A DNA stretch of 32,000 bases, taken from assembly GCF_000186885.1 (NCBI RefSeq), contig NC_014972.1, positions 2,490,001 through 2,522,000 on the forward strand, in the 5' to 3' direction. The notes below the pieces were generated by a model that had not been told where the DNA came from, did not search any database, and worked only from the letters and a program-made list of their open reading frames with translations. Shown here one piece after another: positions 1 to 9,296 of the stretch. Source of the DNA: Desulfobulbus propionicus DSM 2032 (GTDB lineage Bacteria; Desulfobacterota; Desulfobulbia; Desulfobulbales; Desulfobulbaceae). Made by a program: the position numbers and the translations under genes. Numbering within the stretch: the stretch's first letter is position 1; every line of letters begins with the position of its first letter.

Positions 1-655
1 TGATGCCGCGCCGGGAGAACTCGTTGAGGATGTCGACCAGAATGCCCACCCGGTCATCCAGGGGTTCGGTGATCAGGGTGGTGGCGTCATAGCCCGTGGC
101 CGGTGCCAGTTCATGGCCGAGCACCGCATAGCGGGTCCGGTTGTGCGGGGCCACCTCGCGTTCGATGATCCGCAGGCCGTGGGCGGTCAAGGTTTCGGCG
201 CTGTCGACCACCGCCCTGCCCTTGACCTGGCCGCTTTCGCGGATCTCGGCAATGGCTTGGCTGACATCCTGCACGCTCACCTCGGTGATACCGGGGAGTT
301 GGTTGTCGATGAACTCTTCGCACTGGTTGAACACCTCGCGCTTGCCCACCAGTATCCGCAGCCCAGCCACGGTTTCGTTCTCGTCGAACACGCCCAGGGA
401 CAGATTGGAACTGAGAATGATGTTGCCGACCCAGTAGCCGCTCTTGATCTGATCGAAAAAACGGAAATACTGTTTCTTTTCCCCTTCCCGGGTATTATAC
501 ACCGGCAGGACGGCATACTCGGTCTCGCGGGCGGCAAAGGCATCGAGCAGGGCCTTGACATGGGGATACGGCCGGATCTCCGCCTCGCCGTCGTACTGTA
601 CGGCGGCCTGCCATGACGGCGAGTGTTCCGGGCCAAGGGTTGCGATCGTTTTCAT
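1..655 (-). CDS. Prephenate dehydratase-like protein with the start of an ACT domain; truncated by the left window edge
   Basis: Minus-strand frame starting at CAT 653-655 is open to base 1 and absent from the ORF track because it has no stop. It reads MKTIATLGPEHSPSWQAAVQY...ETEYAVLPVYNTREGE...VVDSAETLTAHGLRIIEREVAPHNRTRYAVLG...DDRVGILVDILNEFSRRGI. The 'AVLPVYNTREG', 'NRTRY' and ACT-like 'DRVGILVDILNEFSRRGI' segments match the prephenate dehydratase pattern. Confidence 0.75.
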   Translation of the reverse strand, partial: MKTIATLGPEHSPSWQAAVQYDGEAEIRPYPHVKALLDAFAARETEYAVLPVYNTREGEKKQYFRFFDQIKSGYWVGNIILSSNLSLGVFDENETVAGLRILVGKREVFNQCEEFIDNQLPGITEVSVQDVSQAIAEIRESGQVKGRAVVDSAETLTAHGLRIIEREVAPHNRTRYAVLGHELAPATGYDATTLITEPLDDRVGILVDILNEFSRRGI

Positions 656-903
656 GTTGGGGTGTTCCTGGGTACATATTGACCAGTCCTGCGGGGGCCT
701 CTCGCGCGGCGATCAGCGGCGGATGGCGGAGGACCGGTTGGGGTAAAAAACGAGGCGGCGTTCGGGCCGCATGCGGGGCACGCGATGGGACATCCGACAA
801 AGGGTGGGCGTGCGGTGGCCGGGCGGCGCCGAACAATCACTCCAACAGGGTGCAATACAAGGTTAGTGCCGCGGAGTAAAGCTATTTTTGGCAATAGCGG
901 ACG

Positions 904-3891
904 ATGAAGGTGAAGGCCGTGACAATGCAACCCATTCGGGGAACGGTGGCAGAGTATCTCGCCGCCCTCAAGAGTTCGAGCACATTCGGACCGCAGGTAG
1001 TGGCGCATCGGGTGACTGCTCCTCGCGAGGCCGTCACCCTCCCCCCTGACATGCTGATGCCGGCACTGCGGCAGCTGCTTGAGCTCCGGCGAATGGCTGG
1101 ACTCTATGCCCACCAGCACCAGGCCATTGGCCACATCCTCGCCGGCGGCAACACGGTGGTGGCCACCCCCACCGCCTCGGGCAAGAGCCTGATCTATACC
1201 CTGCCGGTTTTCCAGACGCTGTTGCATTATCCGGCGGCCAAGGCCCTCTACCTCTTTCCCCTTAAGGCCCTGGCCCAGGATCAACTCAAAACCGTGGAGC
1301 AGCTCTGGCACCTGCTGCCGGCAACCCTGCGGGGCGAATTACCGGTTGGGGCCATCTACGACGGCGACACCAGTGGCTACCGACGCAAGAAGATTCGCGA
1401 TGTTCCACCACCGATCATGATCACCAATCCGGACATGCTGCATCTGTCGCTGTTGCCCTACCATGACCGCTGGGCCCATTTTTGGGCCAACCTGCGGTAT
1501 GTGGTGATCGACGAGATCCACACCTATCGTGGGGTCTTCGGTTCGCACGTGGCCTGGGTGATACGGCGGCTCAAACGAATCTGCGCCCTCTATGGCTCCA
1601 GTCCCCTTTTCATCCTTGCCTCGGCGACCATCGGCAACCCCGGTGAACACGGGCGGTTGCTGATCGACGCGCCGGTGACCGAAATCACCCAATCCGGAGC
1701 CGGCAGCGCGGCGCGCCACACCCTGCTGCTCAATCCGCTCGAAAGCGCCGCCACCAGCGCCACTCGGTTGCTGGAGGCGGCGATCAGCCGTGAACTGCGC
1801 ACCATCGTTTACTGTCAGTCGCGCAAGATGACCGAGCTGATCACCGTTTGGACCGAGAAGCGGCTCAAGGAGCGCAAGGGATTGATCGCCTCCTACCGCT
1901 CAGGTTTCCTCCCAGAGGAACGGCGGGGTATCGAGGACCGGCTGGCCTCCGGCAGTTTGCTGGGGGTAATCTCCACCTCGGCCCTGGAACTGGGAATCGA
2001 TATCGGCCACTTGGACCTCTGCATTCTTGTCGGCTACCCCGGCTCGATGATGGCCACCTGGCAACGGGCCGGACGGGTCGGACGCAAGCAACAGGAATCG
2101 CTGGTGGTGCTGATTGGCCACGAGGATGCCCTGGATCAGCACTTCATGCGCCATCCGGAGGATTTTTTTTCCCGGCCGGTGGAACCGGTGACCATGCATG
2201 TCGGCAATCCTCATATCGCTGGTCCGCAACTGGTCTGTGCCGCTGCGGAAATCCCGTTCTCCGCCACCGACCCGTTGCTGGCCACACCGGAAATGAGGGC
2301 GATGATCGAGCGGCTCACCAGGCAGGCAACGCTGTTGCAATCCGCAGACGGCAACACCTGGTTTTCACCACAACGCTATCCGCAGCGCCATGTCAATCTG
2401 CGGGGCGGCGGCACCACCCTGTCGATTCTGGTTAACCAACCACGGCGTCAGCTGCTGGGGATCATCGATGCCCATCGGGCCCTGCGCGAATGTCATCCCG
2501 GAGCCATCTACCTCCACATGGCCCGGACCTATCATGTCGACAGCCTCGATCTGGAAGGAGGGGAAATCCTGGTCACCGAGGCCAAACCCGCCTATTTCAC
2601 CCGGGTACTGACCGAGAAGAGCACGGAAATCATGGCGATCATTGAGACGACCCGTTGCGGGGCCGCCCAAGTACGTTACGGCACGCTGCGGGTGACCGAA
2701 CGCATTACCGGCTATCACCGCATCGCCCACGGCAGCTTGCGGATCATCAACCGGGTACCGCTTGATCTGCCGCCGCAACGGTTTGAAACCGAAGGATTCT
2801 GGGTGGAAATTCCCGACTGGCTGCAAAGAAGGACGGAGGAGGCCAAGCTGCACTTCATGGGCGGCATCCATGCCCTGGAACATGCGATGATCGGCCTGAT
2901 GCCGCTGATGGTTCTCTGCGACCGCAACGACTTGGGCGGAATTTCCCATCCATGGCACGATCAGGTGGCTGGTCCGGCGGTCTTTGTCTACGACGGTCAC
3001 GCCGGTGGCATGGGGCTGACCGCCCGCGCCTTTGGCGCCATGCAGCGCCTCCTTCAACAAACCCGGCAGTTGGTGGCCGATTGTCCGTGCGACCTTGGAT
3101 GCCCGTCCTGCGTCCATTCCCCCAAATGCGGCTCCGGCAACCGGCCCATCGACAAGCAGGCCTGTGGGTTTCTGCTTGAGCAGCTGATGCATCCCGCCAT
3201 GCCGGCGGTGCGGGAAGTCGCCAAGCACCCCCGTCCCCTGCCACAGGCTGTCAAGGAGCGGCAACGACCGGCCGATCTTCCGCGAAATTTTGGGGTATTC
3301 GATATCGAGACCCAGCGATCAGCCGAAGAAGTCGGCGGCTGGCACCGGGCGGAATTGATGCGCGTTAGTGTCGCCGTGCTGTACGAAAGTTGCGGCCAAC
3401 GATTCACCACCTACACCGAAGCCACTGTCGGCGCACTCATTGAACGTCTCTTTGCCTTGGACCTGGTGGTCGGATTCAACAACAAGCGCTTCGACAACAA
3501 GGTGCTTTCGGCCTATACCAATCGCGATCTTGGGCTGCTGCCCTCTTTTGACCTGTTGGAGGCGATCAGCGGTCTGCTGGGCTACCGGCTCAGCCTCGAC
3601 CGATTGGCGGAAAAAACATTGCGAGTGAAAAAAGAGGGCAACGGCCTGGAGGCGCTTCGCTGGTTCAAAAGGGGAGAAATGGAGAAATTGGCGGCATATT
3701 GCCGCAAGGACGTGGAAATCACTCGGGATTTGTTTCTGTACGGCTGCCGGCAGCAGTATCTCCTGTTCCAGAACAAGGCGGGTCAGGAGGTACGGCTGCC
3801 GGTGGACTTCATCCAATCAATCGAGCAAATACTCGACCAGAGGGAGCGGATGCTCAGGGCCAGACAAGATCTTTCTGCACCCAGCCAGTGA
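904..3891 (+). CDS. mrfA: DEAD/DEAH-box helicase of the MrfA/YprA (DUF1998) type fused to a C-terminal DEDD (YprB/MrfB-type) exonuclease domain
   Basis: 995 aa. Walker A-like TPTASGKSL, DEIHTYRG, helicase C domain (STSALELGIDIGHLD...QRAGRVGR), 4-Cys element CPCDLGCPSCVHSPKCGSG, then FDIET...FNNKRFDNKVL...YCRKDVEITRDLF (ExoI/II/III acidic motifs). Confidence 0.9.
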   Translation: MKVKAVTMQPIRGTVAEYLAALKSSSTFGPQVVAHRVTAPREAVTLPPDMLMPALRQLLELRRMAGLYAHQHQAIGHILAGGNTVVATPTASGKSLIYTLPVFQTLLHYPAAKALYLFPLKALAQDQLKTVEQLWHLLPATLRGELPVGAIYDGDTSGYRRKKIRDVPPPIMITNPDMLHLSLLPYHDRWAHFWANLRYVVIDEIHTYRGVFGSHVAWVIRRLKRICALYGSSPLFILASATIGNPGEHGRLLIDAPVTEITQSGAGSAARHTLLLNPLESAATSATRLLEAAISRELRTIVYCQSRKMTELITVWTEKRLKERKGLIASYRSGFLPEERRGIEDRLASGSLLGVISTSALELGIDIGHLDLCILVGYPGSMMATWQRAGRVGRKQQESLVVLIGHEDALDQHFMRHPEDFFSRPVEPVTMHVGNPHIAGPQLVCAAAEIPFSATDPLLATPEMRAMIERLTRQATLLQSADGNTWFSPQRYPQRHVNLRGGGTTLSILVNQPRRQLLGIIDAHRALRECHPGAIYLHMARTYHVDSLDLEGGEILVTEAKPAYFTRVLTEKSTEIMAIIETTRCGAAQVRYGTLRVTERITGYHRIAHGSLRIINRVPLDLPPQRFETEGFWVEIPDWLQRRTEEAKLHFMGGIHALEHAMIGLMPLMVLCDRNDLGGISHPWHDQVAGPAVFVYDGHAGGMGLTARAFGAMQRLLQQTRQLVADCPCDLGCPSCVHSPKCGSGNRPIDKQACGFLLEQLMHPAMPAVREVAKHPRPLPQAVKERQRPADLPRNFGVFDIETQRSAEEVGGWHRAELMRVSVAVLYESCGQRFTTYTEATVGALIERLFALDLVVGFNNKRFDNKVLSAYTNRDLGLLPSFDLLEAISGLLGYRLSLDRLAEKTLRVKKEGNGLEALRWFKRGEMEKLAAYCRKDVEITRDLFLYGCRQQYLLFQNKAGQEVRLPVDFIQSIEQILDQRERMLRARQDLSAPSQ

Positions 3892-4303
3892 GATCGGGGT
3901 GAGAGATCTTGATCCAGTCCCCCTTCTGCTCGACCTTCTTGAAGATCACGTCCTTGACCCCCTTACCCACCACCGAGTCATTGGCGCTGGGGCCGCTGCG
4001 GATATTGCATTCCTTCACCTTGACAATCACGTAGGGCGTTTTGCTGACCAACGATTCGGTGATATAACCCTTGTCACCCTCGTAATCGCTGACCTTCAAC
4101 CACTGTCCCTCTTTGCTGAGAATTTCAAGCGGGTAGCCCGAAGGCAACTGATAGAGAATGTCGGTGTTGGTGTTGGGGCCGGAACGGAGATTGACTCCAT
4201 CCTTGACGACGCTGACATACTCCGCGCCCAGAACGGTGCTCACAGCAAAGGCAGAGGCCAGCAAACTCAATGGTATCGTCTTAATCAACGGTCGAAAGGT
4301 CAT
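3854..4303 (-). CDS. Secreted protein with two bacterial SH3 domains
   Basis: Within ORF 3854..4336; the Met at 4303 is preceded by AGGAG and followed by a signal peptide. Two repeats: VNLRSGPNTNTDILYQLPSG...WLKVSDYEGDKGYI and CNIRSGPSANDSVVGKGVK...WIKISHPDLTGWV. Confidence 0.85.
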   Translation of the reverse strand: MTFRPLIKTIPLSLLASAFAVSTVLGAEYVSVVKDGVNLRSGPNTNTDILYQLPSGYPLEILSKEGQWLKVSDYEGDKGYITESLVSKTPYVIVKVKECNIRSGPSANDSVVGKGVKDVIFKKVEQKGDWIKISHPDLTGWVQKDLVWP

Positions 4304-5090
4304 CACGATCTCCTTTGTCCAAAATTTGCGTTCCATTGTCCCCTGTGACGGCGGAACCGGTCAATAACATAAAATACTCTTGATTGCCCTTGGCCCCCTT
4401 GACGCCGGAGGCGATGATGCGTTCACACCCCAGCCCCAACCGTTGCCCGAACTGTTGCACCATGTGCAGGGCCTGCCGGTGCAACAGCTCGTCGCTGACA
4501 ATCCCCCCATCGTCCACCAGCTCGCGGGGCAGTTGAAACTGCGGCTTGACCAGAGCCACAATGCGAACAACGCCTTTAAAAAGCGGGATGAGGGGAGGCA
4601 AAAGCGGTTCGAGCGAGATAAACGAAGCATCGATCACGGCCAGATCGAGGCATTTCGGTATGTGGTGCGTGGTCAGATGGCGGGCATTGGTCCGTTCGAG
4701 CACCACCACCCGCTGGTCGTTGCGCAGTTTCCAATCCAGCAGTCCATAGCCCACGTCAACACAGTAGACCCTGCGTGCACCGTGCTGCAGCAGGCAGTCG
4801 GTGAATCCACCGGTGGAACTGCCGATATCGGCGCAGACCCAGTCGTGGGGAGTGATCGCCAAACCGGTCAGACCGGTTTCCAACTTATCGCCACCGCGAC
4901 TGACAAAGCGTTTCCCCCCTTTGACCGAAACATGGGAGGTGGCCGCGACCTGCGCGCCGGCCTTGTCCAGGCATTGATCGTTTACCAATACCTGCCCCGC
5001 GCCGATTAGCCGCCTGGCGTGGTCGATATTGTCGGCCATCCCCCGCTCGACGAGCAGGAGATCAAGCCGTTGTTTCTGTTTTCCCGCCAA
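4281..5090 (-). CDS. tlyA: TlyA family RNA methyltransferase (16S/23S rRNA 2'-O-methyltransferase / hemolysin A type)
   Basis: 269 aa; S4-like N terminus (RLDLLLVERGMADNIDHARRLIGAGQVLVNDQ), FtsJ-type SAM domain (VSRGGDKLETGL...CADIGSSTGGFTDCLLQHGA...DVGYGLLDWKLR...KPQFQLPRE). Confidence 0.93.
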   Translation of the reverse strand: MAGKQKQRLDLLLVERGMADNIDHARRLIGAGQVLVNDQCLDKAGAQVAATSHVSVKGGKRFVSRGGDKLETGLTGLAITPHDWVCADIGSSTGGFTDCLLQHGARRVYCVDVGYGLLDWKLRNDQRVVVLERTNARHLTTHHIPKCLDLAVIDASFISLEPLLPPLIPLFKGVVRIVALVKPQFQLPRELVDDGGIVSDELLHRQALHMVQQFGQRLGLGCERIIASGVKGAKGNQEYFMLLTGSAVTGDNGTQILDKGDRDDLSTVD

Positions 5091-5102
5091 CGCTCCTTGT
5101 CG

Positions 5103-6236
5103 CTACAGTTTACCCAGCCGTTCCTTGGCCTGCGACGCCTCCGCGCTGCCGCCATGGTCACTGATCAATTTTTTATATATGATCTTAGCGGTTTCATGGT
5201 CGGTTAGCTTTTCAAAGGACATCCCTTGTTTGAGCAGTGCCGCAGGAGCCAGCGCATCCTTGCCGTGATTGGAAATGACTTTTTGATAGTCCAGGATGGC
5301 CAGGTCATACTCGCCTTGATTGTACAGGGATTCTCCCATGTAATACAGCGACTTGGCTGCCTGGGAACCATTGGGGTTGGTCGACAACGACTGTTCGAAG
5401 GATTTGTAGGCTTCTTTGTAGTTCTTTCCTTTATACTGATTCATCCCCTGGGAAAAAGGATCGGAAGAGGAAGAGGCGGCCTGACTCTTTTCCTCAGGGG
5501 CTGCTGAGGATGCGGCTTTGGTGGATGCTGGCGGTGCGGCTGCCGCCGTCTGCGCTGCAGGTTGTTCGGCGGCCTTTTTCGTGGTTGTGGGCATGGTCGT
5601 GGTTGCGGCCGTGGTCTGGGACGACGCCGTTGAGGCAACCTTGGTCTTTTTGGAACCAGGCTCCACTTTGACAAAAGCACTCGAAGATGGAGCGGAAGCT
5701 GGCGACACCGCTGTCGTGGCTACCGGAGCAGCAGAGCTGGCGGCCGAAGCGGCGCGCTGTTTGGCGGCTTCCGCCTTTTGCGCGGCCGCCTGGGCGCGCT
5801 TTTCCGCTTCATTAATTTTATCTTGCTGAATTTTTGTAAAATTTTCACTAATGAGCGAAATTTTCTCTTCCAGTACTGCTACCTTTTGACTGAGCTCAGA
5901 GATTTTGGCATCCTGATCTGTCCGCGCATTCTCCATGGAGGACTGCAGATTGGCGATATTCTGATTGACCTGTTCACGGAACTGGCTGGTCTGGGAGGCG
6001 TTCTCCTCGATGCTTGACTTGATCCGCAAGGTTTCGTCCTCGACCTGATCAATCTTGCTTACCGAACTGGCCTGCTTCTTCTGCATTTGGTTAACCGTGT
6101 TGCTTTTCACGTCTTCAAGCTTTTGATTCATCGCTCGAAGCTGGTACTGCAAATTTTGCACTTCATCCTGTGAGGCACATTGGGTCAACAGCATCAGCGA
6201 GCAACCCGCCACCGCGATATTTCTTATGGTTTTCAT
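5103..6236 (-). CDS. ybgF: Tol-Pal system protein YbgF/CpoB-like TPR lipoprotein
   Basis: 377 aa; lipobox LLTQC, N-terminal coiled coil, low-complexity Ala/Thr/Pro linker, C-terminal TPR repeats (QGMNQYKGKNYKEAYKSFEQSL...KSLYYMGESLYNQGEYDLAILDYQKVI). Immediately downstream of tolB. Confidence 0.88.
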   Translation of the reverse strand: MKTIRNIAVAGCSLMLLTQCASQDEVQNLQYQLRAMNQKLEDVKSNTVNQMQKKQASSVSKIDQVEDETLRIKSSIEENASQTSQFREQVNQNIANLQSSMENARTDQDAKISELSQKVAVLEEKISLISENFTKIQQDKINEAEKRAQAAAQKAEAAKQRAASAASSAAPVATTAVSPASAPSSSAFVKVEPGSKKTKVASTASSQTTAATTTMPTTTKKAAEQPAAQTAAAAPPASTKAASSAAPEEKSQAASSSSDPFSQGMNQYKGKNYKEAYKSFEQSLSTNPNGSQAAKSLYYMGESLYNQGEYDLAILDYQKVISNHGKDALAPAALLKQGMSFEKLTDHETAKIIYKKLISDHGGSAEASQAKERLGKL

Positions 6237-6334
6237 ACTCTAGGGCTCCCTTGCTCTCAGAGAACGTTAACGGTTTTCATCACCTGGAAAATAGTTCTCC
6301 GTTCCGATTCAGATGTGCATCAACAAACGTTTCG

Positions 6335-7621
6335 TCAAGGCAATCGGCCCGACCATTGGGGATAGGATTGATTGCCCTTCATGGCAAAAAGCGATCGAAC
6401 ATCCTTGCCGCTCTTGCTGACCACGCAAATTTCCGATCGGCTGCCACTCTTTCGAGTCACCGCGAGCAGCCGGCCATCGGGGGACCATGTTGGCGACTCG
6501 TAGTTGCCGCCGCCGGTACTCAACTGGCGGACATTCCCTCCGTTGCGGTCCATGACGAAAAGCTGGTAGATCCCTCCTTGCAGGCCGGTAAAGGCAATCT
6601 CATCTCCCTTGGGCGACCAGACGGGTTCGCTGTTTTCAGGACATTTGAAAGTCAGGCGTTTGGCTTGGCCACCTCCGGCACTCATCACATAGACGTTGGG
6701 TTTGCCGCTCCGATCGGACACAAAGGCAAGAGTTTGGCCGTCGGGAGAATAAGAAGCCGACACGTTGATACCGGCGCCAGAAGTCAATTGCCTGATGATG
6801 TTGCCTTGACGATCCATGGAATACAAATCAGGGTTACCGCCTTTGCTCAAGGTGACAACCATGGTACGGCCATCGGGGGAAAAGGTTGGCGCCAGATTCA
6901 AGCCGTTACGTCGTGACAGGGCATTGGTCGCTGTATTCTGCCGCAGATCGGTGATGTACAGATCCTGATTTCCCCGATGATAGGTCGAGTAAGCGAGGTA
7001 ATTGCCATCCGGAGTAAAACGAGGGGAAACACAAAGCGCCCGATGACGAGTGACCTGACGAGGATGTCGTCCGAGGATATCGGAAATGTACACTTCTTTC
7101 CGTCCTGTCGCGTCGGAAACATAGGCTATCCTGGTTCGCGCCACGCCCATCTCTCCAGTGAAGTCCTGGATCAGGGTGTCGCACAAGCGCAACGTCATGT
7201 CTTCGAGTTGGGCGGCGGACCCTTTGAATCGACGACCGGCCAGTGACGCATTGCTGGCCACGTCAAGAATCTGTCCTTCGACTGCAATCCCGGCAGGGTC
7301 GCCGCTGACCTGGCCCAGGACCACGTAGTCGGCACCCAGGGATTTCCAGTCCGCATCGCGACTGCCGCCATACCGGCTTGAATCGATGACGCCGATAAAG
7401 CCGTGCAGCTCAAGCCCCTTGGTGAGCAACTGCGCGACGGCGGCACCTTGATTGCCTCCACTGCCGCTGAAATTGGGCACTGCGACCATGATCTTGCGGA
7501 CATCGGACGCACTGATGTCGTAATAGGTCCGTTCTTCCGCTTGAAGATTCCGCGCCGACAGGCAGGAAAGAAAACTTACCGCCAAGATAACGACTGTGAA
7601 AAGAGAGTGTCTGCGTTTCAT
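6335..7621 (-). CDS. tolB: Tol-Pal system beta-propeller protein TolB
   Basis: 428 aa; signal peptide, repeated WD40-like motifs (YKGRQEVYISD..., SPDGRTMVVTLSKGGNPDLYSMDRQG, SPDGQTLAFVSDRSGKPNVYVM, SPKGDEIAFTG, SPDGRLLAVTR). Confidence 0.95.
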   Translation of the reverse strand: MKRRHSLFTVVILAVSFLSCLSARNLQAEERTYYDISASDVRKIMVAVPNFSGSGGNQGAAVAQLLTKGLELHGFIGVIDSSRYGGSRDADWKSLGADYVVLGQVSGDPAGIAVEGQILDVASNASLAGRRFKGSAAQLEDMTLRLCDTLIQDFTGEMGVARTRIAYVSDATGRKEVYISDILGRHPRQVTRHRALCVSPRFTPDGNYLAYSTYHRGNQDLYITDLRQNTATNALSRRNGLNLAPTFSPDGRTMVVTLSKGGNPDLYSMDRQGNIIRQLTSGAGINVSASYSPDGQTLAFVSDRSGKPNVYVMSAGGGQAKRLTFKCPENSEPVWSPKGDEIAFTGLQGGIYQLFVMDRNGGNVRQLSTGGGNYESPTWSPDGRLLAVTRKSGSRSEICVVSKSGKDVRSLFAMKGNQSYPQWSGRLP

Positions 7622-7682
7622 AGTAAGATGTGGGTAATGGTGTATTCTTGTTCAGCCCGGCAAGACATTTTGTATACACAAT

Positions 7683-8849
7683 CTATCGCAACTTGCCAAG
7701 TTCACGAACATTAAAATTACAGGGCACTTCCGTGGTCTCCTCGGTCATCAGGGCGGGGAATGGCGGCATGGGCACGGCCCGGTTGATCGCCTTTTCCACC
7801 AGCTGATCGAATTGGGGGTCTCCCGAACGTCGTTCGAATTGAATGCGGACGACCTCACCCTTTTTATTGATGGTAATCACGACATTGGAGGCCAGACTGT
7901 TGTCCCAGCTGCGGGTGTCCGGCAGTTGCCAGAATTCATTGATCCGGGACGCCGCTGTTTTGCCGTAGGTTTGCGCCACAATACCACTGGCTGCGGCCCG
8001 ACCGGTCGTGGTACCAGTGGCAGCACCTTGCATGGAGGCCGCCTTGCGGGCTGCATCCGCTCGCGCCGCAGCCAAAGCGGCATTGGCGGCATTGGCCTGG
8101 GCCGCCAGCTCCCTGGCTTCCGCAGCAGCCTCACGAGCTTCGTTTTCCGCCCGAATCTGGTCCAGCCGAGCTTGAGCAAGGGCTTTTTTGCGTTCGTCCT
8201 CGCGACGCTGCACCTCCTTCCGCTCGGCCTCACGCTTGCGCTCTTCAATCTTCTTCTGCAGCTCCTGCTCTTCTTGTTTACGCTGCTCAGCCTCGCGCTT
8301 GCGCTCTTCGATCTTCTTCTGCAGCTCCTGCTCTTCCTGTTTGCGTTCTTCCTGCTCGCGCTCCTTGACTTTCTCCTCTTCCAGCCGTGTATCCTGTGCC
8401 TTCTTTATTTTGCGTTTTTCGGGCGCAAGCGAAATAGGATCCTTTGTTTCCACCGGCTCTGGTGCGGTTGTTTCGGGCTCCACAGCCACCTTTTCCTTGG
8501 GGGTTGGAGCAACGGTTTGTGGCGGAGATGCCGGTTCCGGGGGAGCCGCCGGTTCTGGTGGAGGGGGCGGTGGAGATGGTGGTTCTACTTTTTTCTCAAC
8601 GGCTGGCTTGCTCGGCTTGGCGGAAGGAGCAGCCGCTGGCGGCGCGCCGCCGCCTCCAACATCCGGTAGCGAGACGAGGCTGACGGAAACGACCTCCTCG
8701 ACGATCGGCTTAGAGGAAAACAGTGAAGGCATGAACACAACAGACAAAACAACAGCCACATGAACGCCAAGAGCGAGCAATGTGGCCAGCCACCAACGTC
8801 TGTCGGTTTCCTGCTGAAGGAGATAGAATTCCGTCTCGGTATACTGCAC
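7683..8849 (-). CDS. tolA: TolA/TonB-like energy transducer with Pro-rich region and long charged coiled coil
   Basis: 388 aa; one N-terminal TM (WLATLLALGVHVAVVLSVVFM), Pro-rich segment, Glu/Lys/Arg/Gln helix, C-terminal TonB_C-like domain (NVVITINKKGEVVRIQFERRSGDPQFDQLVEKAINRAVPMPPFPA). Between tolR and tolB. Confidence 0.9.
   Translation of the reverse strand: MQYTETEFYLLQQETDRRWWLATLLALGVHVAVVLSVVFMPSLFSSKPIVEEVVSVSLVSLPDVGGGGAPPAAAPSAKPSKPAVEKKVEPPSPPPPPPEPAAPPEPASPPQTVAPTPKEKVAVEPETTAPEPVETKDPISLAPEKRKIKKAQDTRLEEEKVKEREQEERKQEEQELQKKIEERKREAEQRKQEEQELQKKIEERKREAERKEVQRREDERKKALAQARLDQIRAENEAREAAAEARELAAQANAANAALAAARADAARKAASMQGAATGTTTGRAAASGIVAQTYGKTAASRINEFWQLPDTRSWDNSLASNVVITINKKGEVVRIQFERRSGDPQFDQLVEKAINRAVPMPPFPALMTEETTEVPCNFNVRELGKLR
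8227..8352 (-). repeat. Tandem duplication of a 63-bp unit within tolA (2 copies, 8227-8289 and 8290-8352)
   Basis: gcctcacgcttgcgctcttcaatcttcttctgcagctcctgctcttcttgttt... vs gcctcgcgcttgcgctcttcgatcttcttctgcagctcctgctcttcctgttt...; encodes (QEEQELQKKIEERKREAE)x2. Confidence 0.9.
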
Positions 8850-8869
8850 AGCTATACAACTCGTTCCTT

Positions 8870-9292
8870 TTACTTCTCGTTTTCAGCTGGAACAGTGATC
8901 ATTCCCAGCTTTTCAAAACCCGCGGCATGAATGTCCGCCATGGTCGAGGTGACCACGCCGTACGGCACATTTTTATCCGCCCGCAGATAAATGCCCTCTT
9001 TTTTCACCTCGGGCGGCATATCGCGCAATTGTTGCTGGAGACTTTCCGAGGTAACTTTATCTTTTTTCAGGTACACATCCCCTTCCTTACGGATCGTGAC
9101 CACCAACGGTTCTTCCTGCTGGCGCAGGGCCTTGGTGGTGGCTTCCGGAAGTTCCACCTCGAGCCCCTGGGTCATCATCGGCGCCGTGACCATGAAAATG
9201 ATCAGAAGAACAAGCATGACATCGACAAGGGGGGTCACGTTGATTTCAGCAACAATGCTCCGCTTGCCCTTGTTGTTTCCTAGCGGTCCCAT
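8870..9292 (-). CDS. tolR: ExbD/TolR family biopolymer transport protein
   Basis: 140 aa from MGPLGNNKGKRSIVAEINVTPLVDVMLVLLIIFMVTAPMMTQGLEVELPEA; the longer ORF to 9622 adds a non-homologous N terminus overlapping tolQ. Confidence 0.92.
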   Translation of the reverse strand: MGPLGNNKGKRSIVAEINVTPLVDVMLVLLIIFMVTAPMMTQGLEVELPEATTKALRQQEEPLVVTIRKEGDVYLKKDKVTSESLQQQLRDMPPEVKKEGIYLRADKNVPYGVVTSTMADIHAAGFEKLGMITVPAENEK

Positions 9293-9296
9293 ACAA

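Noticed and set aside
113-616. 167-aa + ORF at the left edge
   Set aside because: Antisense of the edge-truncated prephenate-dehydratase-like frame, which better explains the region.
2365-3264. 299-aa minus ORF opposite the helicase
   Set aside because: Overlaps a 995-aa frame with all helicase and nuclease motifs.
7812-8669. Long + strand ORF (285 aa) opposite tolA
   Set aside because: Low-complexity translation (Leu/Phe/Gly runs) produced by the repetitive tolA coding region on the other strand; tolA has clear homology and operon context.
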